Assembly (NCBI GenBank): GCA_031265995.1
Contig: JAISBW010000025.1
Coordinates: 9,264-73,263, forward strand
Length of the DNA stretch: 64,000 nucleotides
Source: Oscillospiraceae bacterium
GTDB lineage: Bacteria > Bacillota > Clostridia > Oscillospirales > Acutalibacteraceae
Direction of reading: 5' to 3'
The translations under genes were made by a program, and so were the position numbers. Positions 20,889 through 30,238 of this stretch are shown in pieces. How positions within the stretch are numbered: the first letter of the stretch is position 1; every line of letters starts with the position of its first letter. Under the pieces are notes generated by a model. That model did no database searches. It was not told where the DNA came from and saw only the letters and a program-made list of their open reading frames with translations.

Positions 20889-21736
20889 ATGAAAAACAAA
20901 ATAACCAAGAGCTTATCTTTAATTTTATCGATTTTATGTTTTTTACCTCAAGTTACAGCGTTACAAAGAAAAAATGAGATTTCAAATAAAGTTTCTAAAG
21001 TCAAATCAGGATTAAGGAAAAAACAAAAAAAAGAACAGGATTACGAAAAAAATTAAAAAAGGAACTGGAAGAAAATCTTAAAAACAAATTCAAAACGTTG
21101 ACTCCCGCTAGATTTGTCAAACCATCGGAAGGGATGTTGTGGTCTCTCCCGACGTGTATTCAAGCGATCTTAAAATGTCATAAAAAATCGTTCACCCAGT
21201 CCTGTATAAGTAGTTGGTTTGCAGTTCCAACCAAGCCCATGTGGCACAAGAGAGACTTTTCTGTCTTTTGGAGTAGTGTAATACAAGATTATAGTTCATA
21301 CAAACATAATATTCACGATGTTTTCTTCTTAAAAACTGGTTTAAGATTTTGTATTATTTACATTCACACCGACGATATGCCAAATAATGCCAAAATGAAA
21401 AAGCAATTTCGAAAGTGTTTAAAGTTTGCTTCAAATATGTCATCGGGTAAACCGTTTGCTATTATGAACCCTTTTTATCTGTGGGAGTATATTTTTTCCC
21501 TTTTTGCTACAGATCTTAGAGAAATGCCAAAAAACGGATGTCAAGTAAGAGTCGAAGAGACACTAGCAGCATTAGCTTATGAAACTCATATAGACTTTTT
21601 TTTCGGTGCTGTTATATCTAGAAATATTAACGGTATTAAGTTAGTAGTGGTGTCAGAATCTCCGAAAACTCCTGAACAGGTGCATTTTTTTCTCAATAAA
21701 GAAAAAAATGGTTTTAATCGTGCCATTTGTTCATAG
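20889..21736 (+). pseudogene. Frameshifted gene for a secreted protein, possibly a papain/C39-like cysteine peptidase
   Basis: ATG 20889 encodes the signal peptide MKNKITKSLSLILSILCFLPQVTA and stops at 21054. The frame of ORF 21098..21736 is open back to 20999. One extra A in the A7 run 21046-21052 would join them (..DYEKKLKKELEENL..). The downstream part contains a WSLPTCIQAIL Cys motif. Confidence 0.5.
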
Positions 21737-21967
21737 AAGAAAAAAATGGTTTCAATCGCGTATTTTCTCACAATAATAGTGATTATAGCTAAGCGTCTTG
21801 AAAAAAGTTTTAGAATGACCTTTGGACATTTTCATAATTTCTTGAATAATTTCCTAAAAAACATTTTAAATTTGCCAAAAATTTTTCGATCGAATTTAAA
21901 TCTGGAGAATGCAGAGGCAAAAAACTTGAAAATCACATATTATATTAAGGATTTTTGCTCTGAAAGT

Positions 21968-23935
21968 CTATGATGGCGCCGTATTCCCATTTCTATCCTC
22001 TACAATAATTTCATCTCCGTCGAAACTTATCAAAATATCTTTGCATGAAGGATTTTTGCTCTGAAAGTCTATGATGGCGCCGTTTATCCTTATTAATAAT
22101 TCTCTACCAACTCTAGCTCCTCGATTTGCCATTTTGCAAAATTTCGCCATTGCTTTAATGCTTTTTTCTTTTATTAATATATTCAATTTAAATTTTTTCT
22201 CTGCATTAGGCAAATAATTGTCTAATCCGCTTTTTAAAATTTCAACAAAAGCATCTTCGTTTAAATAATCAAATTCAATAACGGCAAAACGTTTACTCAT
22301 CGAGCTGTCTATTGGAATTTTTTTTCTTGCATTGTCTTTTTTGGATCTTAAAGAATCTGGTATACCCCACGGTGAAGTTAGCTCGTTAGAAGTGAAAAAA
22401 AACAAGCACTTACTGACATCTAAAGCTATGCGTTCATCTTTTAATCCTCTCACCATCATTATGCCGGTATCTGCAGCATTTCTAAAATATTCAAAAAAAA
22501 TGTTTCTGAATTCTATATTTGCTTTATCAATTTCTTCGATAACAATTACAGTTCCATCACGGCAAACACGTTTAAGTACTTCGAAAATAGGATTTTTCAT
22601 ACTAAAACATTCACTGGGATCATTTTTGTACCTCGTGGAAAGTTCACTTAAATCTGCATGAAGTCTGGGATTAGTTGCTTTACCAAATACACATTTTGAT
22701 ACCAAATTTATATAATCTGATTTTCCTACACCTGTTCCACCTGTTAAAAGAATTAATTTAGATCCTACTCTTTGATCTTGTGATTGTAATAATTTCCAAG
22801 CGACAATCGTTTTATTGCATTCTTCTATTGCTTTGGATTGCCCTTTTAAAAATCGCTGTATTACTGAATTCATTTTTTTCAAAGTCTTGACTGGATTTTT
22901 AGCAAGATTAAGCTTTGGAATAGTAAACCAGTCATAAACTTTTTTATAAGTTTCGGAAAATATATCTCCAGCTACATGACCAACCGCAGAGACAGGTTTA
23001 TAAGCAATACCTAAAAAAATGGGAATAAAAATAGCTGAAAGAGGAACCGCATTATTACGAATTCGAAACCAAATTAAATCTAAACTTGTTTCAACGATTC
23101 CGGGCCTTTGAAACCAATCAGAATATTTTAGAAAGTCTGACGCTCTTAGTTTTTCTATTTTTTTAAAAGCGGTATCAATAACAAGTAAGAAATTAACGTC
23201 TTGTAAAATTTCTGAAGGGCTAGCATCGGGAAGACGTCTTAACGTGTATTCCCAAATAGCTCTTAGTATATTAATTTTAACTACTGTTTTTGAGAGATCA
23301 AATATTTTAAAGCCACTTTTATTTTCATTGTTATAAAACAACTGATGACTTTTTTTTGTTTGAGTAGTTAAAACTACAAAATCAATCCACCAAGCTGGAG
23401 CGTCGTCGCAATATGAATCTGGAATCTTTGAAACATCTAAAATATCAAGAACTTCTTTGTTTAAATCTGAAACTTTTGGATTTCCTCCAGCAAAATTAGG
23501 ATGTTGTTTTTCATAAGCTTCTATCAGCGATCGATCGCCATTTTGTTTTGCTTTTTCTCTTGCATATTTTTCGTCTCTTTCACGATATTGTGAAATAAGA
23601 TATGCCTCAGTCCCTCCTGAACACAAATATTCGAATTCACTCGCTCCAGCAACTTTAATTCTTTCTTCTGAATTAAATTCTCCTTCTAATGCACTAAATC
23701 CAGTAGAGCTTTTTATCACCTCTAAAGAATATTTGAATTTTTCCCTAACTTCTTTTATATTCCACGGACTTCTCAATTCCGGACATTTACCCAAAACATC
23801 CAATCTTTCTGCCATAACTTTGGAAAATAACAAATTATCAGAAATAGAAGGTGCAAAACCGCATCCCAATGTAGTCATAACTAATAATCCCGAAAGAGCA
23901 TACTTGCTTGCTTTTTTATTTAAGGTTTTGTTCAT
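21968..23935 (-). CDS. Membrane-spanning AAA+ ATPase with a ClpA/B D2-like module
   Basis: The start was moved to ATG 23935 (AAGGAG SD 5 nt upstream), giving MNKTLNKKASKYALSGLLVMTTLGC (signal, lipobox-like). There is a mid-protein TM segment, then KGQSKAIEE.., Walker A GGTGVGKS, Walker B VIVIEEID and sensor FFFTSN, arranged as in the ClpB D2 domain. Confidence 0.6.
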   Translation of the reverse strand: MNKTLNKKASKYALSGLLVMTTLGCGFAPSISDNLLFSKVMAERLDVLGKCPELRSPWNIKEVREKFKYSLEVIKSSTGFSALEGEFNSEERIKVAGASEFEYLCSGGTEAYLISQYRERDEKYAREKAKQNGDRSLIEAYEKQHPNFAGGNPKVSDLNKEVLDILDVSKIPDSYCDDAPAWWIDFVVLTTQTKKSHQLFYNNENKSGFKIFDLSKTVVKINILRAIWEYTLRRLPDASPSEILQDVNFLLVIDTAFKKIEKLRASDFLKYSDWFQRPGIVETSLDLIWFRIRNNAVPLSAIFIPIFLGIAYKPVSAVGHVAGDIFSETYKKVYDWFTIPKLNLAKNPVKTLKKMNSVIQRFLKGQSKAIEECNKTIVAWKLLQSQDQRVGSKLILLTGGTGVGKSDYINLVSKCVFGKATNPRLHADLSELSTRYKNDPSECFSMKNPIFEVLKRVCRDGTVIVIEEIDKANIEFRNIFFEYFRNAADTGIMMVRGLKDERIALDVSKCLFFFTSNELTSPWGIPDSLRSKKDNARKKIPIDSSMSKRFAVIEFDYLNEDAFVEILKSGLDNYLPNAEKKFKLNILIKEKSIKAMAKFCKMANRGARVGRELLIRINGAIIDFQSKNPSCKDILISFDGDEIIVEDRNGNTAPS

Positions 23936-24162
23936 TTTAACTCCTTGTTTTAATATTAGGTATAGGATAAACTCTGTTTTTCGCATAATCATTGCTTATA
24001 GGCACAAATCCCGCCACAATTTTGAGATTTTTAGCAAAATGTCCACAAATAGCTGTAAAAATTGCTTATCCATTCCTAATTACAATTGTAACAGATAAAA
24101 AATTTTTGTCAAATATTACGATAATTTTAGCATGCACATAAAATGTCTTGAAAATAATCTAA

Positions 24163-24487
24163 GAGCCTGTCTAATATCTCCGAAATAGCACATATTTTAG
24201 AACTTGTATTCAAAAGGACAAATTCCAAATTTTTGAAGAATTTTTCTTCATTAATGATAAAAAAAGCGCAATGAATACTTTATGTATTCTGAGCATTTTT
24301 GACAAAATTTTGAAAAAAATTATTGAAAATTAGGTATTTTGATCCTTTTGAATACAGGTTCTTAGTTAAAATTTTAAAATTTTGCATTGCTCGTTAGTTA
24401 AATACGCTAGTATTCGCCTTCCTCGTACTTTAAATTTTAAAAATTTTATCATAAAATCTGCACTACTTAGAGATATTAGATAGGCTC
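24163..24487. mobile_element. Family-B MITE carrying a nested family-A MITE
   Basis: GAGCCTGTCTAATATCTCCGAAATAGCACATATTTTA | A insert | GTTAAAATTTTAAAATTTTGCATTGCTCG...GAGATATTAGATAGGCTC. The uninterrupted B copy at 29877-30036 reads straight through the insertion point. Confidence 0.85.
24200..24361. mobile_element. Family-A MITE inserted into the family-B element
   Basis: GAACTTGTATTCAAAAGG...CCTTTTGAATACAGGTTC, flanked by TTA at 24197-24199 and 24362-24364. The empty site in other B copies has a single TTA. Confidence 0.85.
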
Positions 24488-24686
24488 TTAGCATACAAAC
24501 GAAATACTTTGAAAATAATCTGGTACTTAAAAACTCTTAAAATCAGCCTCTTTTCGTAATTTTTCACAATTTTTAGGACACACTGATATTTAGGCTATTG
24601 AATTACCTGCTTGAAATCTATCGCAATGATGCTGACTCCGACCAGACTTCAGCAGAGCAGATAATTATCGTTGAATATAAAGGTAA

Positions 24687-24779
24687 GAACCTGTATTCAA
24701 AAGGATCGAAATACCTAATTTTCAATAGTTTTCTTCAAAATTTTGTCAAAAATGCTCAGAATACATCAAGTATTCATTA
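24687..24779. repeat. Family-A MITE left half, truncated at the G+C-rich island boundary
   Basis: TAA then GAACCTGTATTCAAAAGGATCGAAATACC...GCTCAGAATACATCAAGTATTCATT. The consensus continuation (gcgcttttt) is replaced by aattaacgacacgatgcaacc. Confidence 0.75.
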
Positions 24780-24849
24780 ATTAACGACACGATGCAACCG
24801 TTATCTGGCAATGCGAGACTTGGGCGGATAATTAAAGAGAGGTAAAGCG

Positions 24850-26913
24850 ATGAACGCTTTCAAAAGCAATATCTACAAATATCTTGGCGGAACGTGCCAA
24901 TATATGATACCACTGTACCAAAGAATTTACAGTTGGGAGCGCGAGCAGTGCGCCCGCCTTTGGAGAGACATCGTAAACCTCCACATCATGCACAGGGAGG
25001 GTCATTTCGTCGGTTCGATTGTTCGCATCGACGAGGATTCGGCGGCGGGGTCCACCCTTGCCATGATTATCGACGGCCAGCAGAGGCTCACCACGCTGAC
25101 CCTGCTTCTTGTCGCCTTGCGCGACTATGCGGCAGCTCACACAGACTGCGGTGTGAATCCAAACAAAATAACGAATATGCTGCTCTTGAACCAATACGAA
25201 ACGGGCAACGCAAAGTACAAGCTGCTCCTCACGCAGTCCGACAGGGGCGCGCTGATAAAGAAGATTGAAAACGCACCGATTCCCGACACGTTGAAATCTC
25301 GTGTGTTGGACAACTACGGCTTTTTCTCATGGCAGATAGGCAAAGGTGAGATTGCTCCATCCGACCTCTACGATGCCATCGGCAAGTTACAAATCGTGGA
25401 CATCGTCCTCGACCGCCAATACGACGACTCGCAGGCGATTTTTGAGAGCCTGAACTCTACTGGTATGGACTTGAAGGACTCCGACCTCATCCGCAACCAT
25501 CTATTGATGGGTTTGGATTCCGCGGCCCAGACGGACGTTTACAACAGCATCTGGCGGCCTACGGAACTGCTCTTTGGCTACGAGCATCAGAGCGAGTTGC
25601 TGGACAACTTCTTTCGTGACTATCTCACGATGAAATTGTGCAGGATTCCCCGCAAGAATGAGGTCTACAAAGAGTTCCGTACCTATCACAATGGCAACGG
25701 GATGACCATCCGCGACCTCTGCCGAGATATCTACAGCTTTTCCAAGCATTATACGGACATGTATTTTGTTAAGAGTAGCGATGCCATGCTGAAATCACTT
25801 TACGGCGATATGAAGACAATTCGTATGGAGGTTGCTTACCCGTTTCTTCTGAAAGCCCATGAAGACTACAGCAAGGGTTTAATAACCATCGAGGAACTTC
25901 GGGAAATCCTGCAGCTCTGCGTGAGCTACGTCCTGCGCCGTGCTGTATGCGACATACCGACGAACTCCCTGAACAAGACTTTCGCTACGATGAAAAACGA
26001 CATCAGACCGGACGATTACCTGAACTCGATGAAGGCGTTCTTTATACTTCTCGATTCCTACAAGGAGTTTCCGAACGACAGGCGTTTCCTCGACACCTTC
26101 CTGACAAGGGACATCTATCATATGAACCGCTGCGGTTATATCCTCGGGCGGCTTGAAAACTGGGGCAACAAGTCGGCGGTCAATGCGGAAAAGCTGACTA
26201 TTGAACACATTATCCCACAAAACTCGCACCTTTCCGCTGACTGGATATCCGTCCTCGGTAACGACTGGAGCAAAATTCAAAAGAAATACCTGCACACTAT
26301 TGGTAACCTGACGCTGACGTCGTACAACTCCGAGATGAGCGATTCGCCGTTTGCCGACAAGATGACGATGGACGGCGGATTCCAGCAGAGTGCACTTCGT
26401 CTTAATAAGTACGTCGTTACCCAGATTACTTGGGGTGAGCAGCAAGTTAACGAACGCGCTGCCCAGCTTGGCGAGATAGCAAAAAAGGCGTGGCCGTACC
26501 CGACACTCACGGAAGCTGAGCTTGCTCCTTATTGTAAGCAAGACAATGCCACTACAGAGTATACCCTCGAAAGCTATCAGTACTCGAATGCTTTTAACCG
26601 TATGCTATTTGAGAAACTAAACACCCGAATCCTCAATCTTGGTACCTATGTGAAACGGGAGTTCAAAAAGCTGTATATCGCCTACAAAACCAACACTAAC
26701 TTTGTAGATGTCATTATTCAGAATTCGCGGCTTCGATTGATAATCAATATGAAGTTTGCCGATATCATCGACCCGAAAGGCATCTGCAAGGACATCACTT
26801 GTGTCGGCAGATGGGGAAACGGCGATGTCGAGGTAGAGCTAAACAGCTTGGATGATCTTGACGATGTGATGGAGATTATCACACAGTCATTCAGGCAACA
26901 GGTTGTATCCTAA
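24850..26913 (+). CDS. DUF262/DUF1524 nuclease-family protein (GmrSD-like type IV restriction / SspE-BrxU-like)
   Basis: N-terminal DUF262 motif IIDGQQRLTTL. Central His-Me-finger DUF1524 motifs TIEHIIPQ and HTIGNLTLTSYN. An extra ~120-aa C-terminal domain. G+C is far above the surroundings. Confidence 0.8.
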   Translation: MNAFKSNIYKYLGGTCQYMIPLYQRIYSWEREQCARLWRDIVNLHIMHREGHFVGSIVRIDEDSAAGSTLAMIIDGQQRLTTLTLLLVALRDYAAAHTDCGVNPNKITNMLLLNQYETGNAKYKLLLTQSDRGALIKKIENAPIPDTLKSRVLDNYGFFSWQIGKGEIAPSDLYDAIGKLQIVDIVLDRQYDDSQAIFESLNSTGMDLKDSDLIRNHLLMGLDSAAQTDVYNSIWRPTELLFGYEHQSELLDNFFRDYLTMKLCRIPRKNEVYKEFRTYHNGNGMTIRDLCRDIYSFSKHYTDMYFVKSSDAMLKSLYGDMKTIRMEVAYPFLLKAHEDYSKGLITIEELREILQLCVSYVLRRAVCDIPTNSLNKTFATMKNDIRPDDYLNSMKAFFILLDSYKEFPNDRRFLDTFLTRDIYHMNRCGYILGRLENWGNKSAVNAEKLTIEHIIPQNSHLSADWISVLGNDWSKIQKKYLHTIGNLTLTSYNSEMSDSPFADKMTMDGGFQQSALRLNKYVVTQITWGEQQVNERAAQLGEIAKKAWPYPTLTEAELAPYCKQDNATTEYTLESYQYSNAFNRMLFEKLNTRILNLGTYVKREFKKLYIAYKTNTNFVDVIIQNSRLRLIINMKFADIIDPKGICKDITCVGRWGNGDVEVELNSLDDLDDVMEIITQSFRQQVVS

Positions 26914-27005
26914 AATAGTTTACGATTAAATTCGACGACATTTATAAACAAGCCAATCATAATTTTATGCATTTCAGAATACTCAAAGAGTACTAAAAAA
27001 TCTAA

Positions 27006-27166
27006 GAACCTGTATTCAAAAGGATCAAAATACCCAATTTTCAATAATTTTTTTCAAAATTTTGCCAAAAATGCTCAGAATACATAAAGTATTCATTGCG
27101 CTTTTTTATCATTACTGAAGAAAAATTCTTTAAAAATTTGGAATTTGCCCTTTTGAATACAGGTTC
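27006..27166. mobile_element. Family-A MITE, full length (161 bp)
   Basis: GAACCTGTATTCAAAAGGATCAAAATACC...GCCCTTTTGAATACAGGTTC with TAA direct repeats at 27003-27005 and 27167-27169. Confidence 0.9.
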
Positions 27167-27363
27167 TAAAATCGGCAAAAATAAAATTGTCACCAAGTCC
27201 TAAAGAATTTGCAGACTAAAGTCCGTGGTTTTTGATCAAACGACAGAAAATAAACGGCTTGAAAAACGCCAGCTATTAGTGTATAGTCCGGAGTGTAAAT
27301 GCTGCCGAAGACATATTGAAGCCTGTGTTTTCTGGTATCGACGTTTCAGTTTTAGTTTAGCAA

Positions 27364-29763
27364 GTGGTAGATTTAATGGGCTGTGATTTTAAGAAAATAG
27401 AAGAAAAATGGCAAAAAAAATGGGATGAAATTCAACCGTTTAAGGCGTTTAATTTTTCAAAAAAGCCAAAATTTTACGCGCTGATTGAATTCCCTTATCC
27501 TTCAGGTCAAGGGCTGCACGTAGGTCATCCGAGGAGCTATATAGCTATGGATATTATTGCCCGAAAGCGCAGGATGCAGGGATATAATGTCTTGTTCCCA
27601 ATCGGGTGGGACGCTTTTGGCTTGCCGGCCGAAAATTTTGCTATAAAAAATAAAATTCATCCAAAGTTGGTTACTAAAAAAAACATTTCAAAGTTCAAAG
27701 AACAAATTAAATCTTTAGGCATTTCTTTCGATTGGAATCGAGAGGTCAACACTACTGACCCTGGATATTACAAATGGACACAATGGATTTTTTCACGTCT
27801 TTTTGAAAAAGGTTTGGCAATCAAAGAAGAGACCGCAGTTAACTGGTGCACGTCATGCAAGTGTGTTTTGGCAAACGAAGAAGTGATCGAAGGCAAATGT
27901 GAACGATGCGGAAGTGGTATTTTCCAAAAACGTAAATTTCAATGGATCTTAAAGATTACAAAGTATGCACAGCGTTTAATTGATGACTTAAAAACTGTGG
28001 ACTATCCCGAGCGTGTTAAACAGCAGCAGATAAATTGGATAGGTCGTTCCGAAGGCGCGCTAATTAGATTTAAGACCACTTCTTCTGACCAAATTTTAGA
28101 AGTTTTTACAACAAGGCCCGAAACAATATTTGGCGTTTCTTATATGGTTGTCGCACCGGAACATAAGATCATCGAGTCGAACACTAAACTTATAGAAAAT
28201 ATGGAGGAAATAAATAAATACAAAACAGAAGCTTCGAAAAAAAGTGAATTTCAGCGTTCCCAAATGCTAAAAGAAAAAACAGGAGTAGAAATTAAGGGTA
28301 TTAGGGCGATAAATCCTGCAAACGGAAAAGAAATTCCTATTTTTATGGCTGATTATGTTTTGATAGGCTACGGAACTGGCGCTATCATGGCTGTTCCGGC
28401 ACATGATGAAAGGGATTGGGAATTTGCGATAAAATATAGTCTTCCTAAGCCTGTTGTAATTTTAGGCGGAAAAGACGGCGAAGCTTTCATTGGTGACGGT
28501 ACTCTTGTTAATTCGGATTTTCTCAATGGTTTAGATACCAGCAAAGCTAAAACGAAAATCATTAAATTTTTAGAACAAAACAAAAATGGGGAATCTAAAG
28601 TAAGTTTTAAATTAAGAGATTGGATTTTTTCACGCCAGCGCTATTGGGGCGAGCCTATTCCGATAATTAATTGCAAACGTTGCGGTCTTGTTTTGGATAA
28701 AAATTTGCCTTTAATTTTACCTGAAACCGAAGAGTACGAAACGTCGGAAGACGGAGAATCGCCTTTGGCTAATTTGCCTTGGATTCATGTCAATTGCCCT
28801 AAGTGTTTAGGCAAGGCTTTGAGGGAAACTGACACTATGCCGCAATGGGCAGGTTCTTCTTGGTACTTTTTAAGATATTCAGATAATGAAAATGATTCGG
28901 AATTAGCAAGCAAAAAGGCCATTGATTATTGGTTTCCGGTCGATTGGTATAATGGTGGAATGGAACACACTACCTTACATTTACTTTATAGCAGGTTTTG
29001 GCACAAGTTTTTATATGACATCGGTGTCGTTTCAATGCCGGAGCCGTATGCCAAACGAACAAGTCACGGCATGATTCTAGGCGAGAACGGCGAAAAAATG
29101 AGTAAGTCACGTGGCAACGTCGTAAATCCTGATGAAATTATCCAAGAATTTGGAGCCGACGCTTTTCGGCTTTATGAAATGTTTATAGGGGACTTTGAAA
29201 AAGCCGCACCATGGAGCGCTTCAGGAATAAGGGGTTGTAAGCGTTTCCTCGAAAAATTTTGGGATATGGCATTTAATATTTCTGATGGCGAAATACGTCC
29301 CGATTTTCAAACATTAATCAATAAAACAATAAAAAAAGTCGGGGAAGATATTGAAAAACTTAAATTCAATACAGCGATAGCCTCGCTTATGGATTTATTA
29401 GGCCAGATTAAAAAAACCGGTAAAATTACGCGTGATGAGCTAGAGGTTTTCCTTGTTCTCATTAGTCCTTTTGCTCCTCATGTTTCCGAGGAAATTTGGA
29501 AAAGATCAAATTTCGAAGGTTTGGCTTCCGAGTCAGTTTGGCCAAGTTATAATGAAAAACTGATTAAACTTGAGCAAAATACAATTGTTTTGCAGATTAA
29601 CGGTAAAATAAGATCAAAAATGGTCGCGGATTCACAAATTTCTGGAAAAGAATTAATAGATCTTGCAAAGAAAGATGAAAAAATAAGCAGTATTATAAAA
29701 AATCAAAACATTATTAGAGAAATTTGTGTTCCGAGCAAACTAGTAAATTTTGTAATAGAATAG
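27364..29763 (+). CDS. leuS: Leucyl-tRNA synthetase
   Basis: HVGH (HIGH) and KMSKS motifs, a CP1 editing domain and the Cys-rich CTSCKC..CERCG zinc knuckle. The likely real start is ATG 27376 (MGCDFKKIEEKWQKKW). Confidence 0.95.
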   Translation: MVDLMGCDFKKIEEKWQKKWDEIQPFKAFNFSKKPKFYALIEFPYPSGQGLHVGHPRSYIAMDIIARKRRMQGYNVLFPIGWDAFGLPAENFAIKNKIHPKLVTKKNISKFKEQIKSLGISFDWNREVNTTDPGYYKWTQWIFSRLFEKGLAIKEETAVNWCTSCKCVLANEEVIEGKCERCGSGIFQKRKFQWILKITKYAQRLIDDLKTVDYPERVKQQQINWIGRSEGALIRFKTTSSDQILEVFTTRPETIFGVSYMVVAPEHKIIESNTKLIENMEEINKYKTEASKKSEFQRSQMLKEKTGVEIKGIRAINPANGKEIPIFMADYVLIGYGTGAIMAVPAHDERDWEFAIKYSLPKPVVILGGKDGEAFIGDGTLVNSDFLNGLDTSKAKTKIIKFLEQNKNGESKVSFKLRDWIFSRQRYWGEPIPIINCKRCGLVLDKNLPLILPETEEYETSEDGESPLANLPWIHVNCPKCLGKALRETDTMPQWAGSSWYFLRYSDNENDSELASKKAIDYWFPVDWYNGGMEHTTLHLLYSRFWHKFLYDIGVVSMPEPYAKRTSHGMILGENGEKMSKSRGNVVNPDEIIQEFGADAFRLYEMFIGDFEKAAPWSASGIRGCKRFLEKFWDMAFNISDGEIRPDFQTLINKTIKKVGEDIEKLKFNTAIASLMDLLGQIKKTGKITRDELEVFLVLISPFAPHVSEEIWKRSNFEGLASESVWPSYNEKLIKLEQNTIVLQINGKIRSKMVADSQISGKELIDLAKKDEKISSIIKNQNIIREICVPSKLVNFVIE

Positions 29764-29784
29764 ACAAGATATATCAAGATTTTA

Positions 29785-29876
29785 GAACCTGTATTTAAAA
29801 GGGAAAATTCCAAATTTTCGAAGAATTTTTATTTAAAATGAGGAAAAAAGCGCAATGAATACTTTACGTATTCTGA
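29785..29876. repeat. Family-A MITE half copy abutting a family-B element
   Basis: TTA then GAACCTGTATTTAAAAGGGAAAATTCC...GCGCAATGAATACTTTACGTATTCTGA. It stops at the same TGA/TCA trinucleotide where B is inserted in the 49979-50279 composite. Confidence 0.8.
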
Positions 29877-30036
29877 GAGTCTATCTAGTATCTCCGAAAT
29901 AACACATATTTTAGTTAAAATTTTAAAATTTTGCATTGCTCGTTAGTTAAATACGCTAGTATTTGCCTTCCTCACATTTTAAATTTTAAAAATTTTATAA
30001 TAAAATCTGCACTACTTGGAGATATTAAACAGGCTC
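29877..30036. mobile_element. Family-B MITE, uninterrupted 160-bp copy
   Basis: GAGTCTATCTAGTATCTCCGAAATAACACATATTTTAGTTAAAATTTT...CTACTTGGAGATATTAAACAGGCTC, with terminal inverted repeats of about 35 bp. Confidence 0.85.
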
Positions 30037-30143
30037 TCAGACTATTGACGATTAGCGTTAAATAATAAACTTAAAATTGTGTTAAATAATTGTATGTTTT
30101 TCATTGAATATTAATTAGAGTTTAATTATGCTTTCAAAAATTA

Positions 30144-30172
30144 TTGACAAATCGAAAAAAGTATGATAAAGT
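30144..30172 (+). promoter_or_regulatory. Candidate sigma-A promoter with extended -10
   Basis: TTGACA (30144-30149), a 17-nt spacer ending in TGa, then TAAAGT (30167-30172). It lies about 65 nt upstream of ATG 30239. Confidence 0.4.
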
Positions 30173-30238
30173 AAAATTACGTTGAATTGAGTTATATTTC
30201 AATTTACATATTAGATTTATTAAAAGGGGTATTTAAGA

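Noticed and set aside
24832-26541. Long antisense or alternative-frame ORFs inside the G+C-rich island (24832..25194, 24894..25268, 25501..25749, 25879..26541, 26277..26510).
   Set aside because: They fully overlap the 687-aa DUF262/DUF1524 gene, have no recognisable motifs, and are the expected by-product of stop-codon-poor G+C-rich DNA.
27170-27363. Possible T-box leader upstream of leuS (and similarly 45650-46070 upstream of trpS).
   Set aside because: I could not find the conserved T-box sequence (..GGGTGGTACCGCG..) or a specifier-loop/antiterminator arrangement in either region. The trpS upstream region is mostly family-C repeat. The slightly G+C-richer 27.2-27.36 kb segment remains unexplained.
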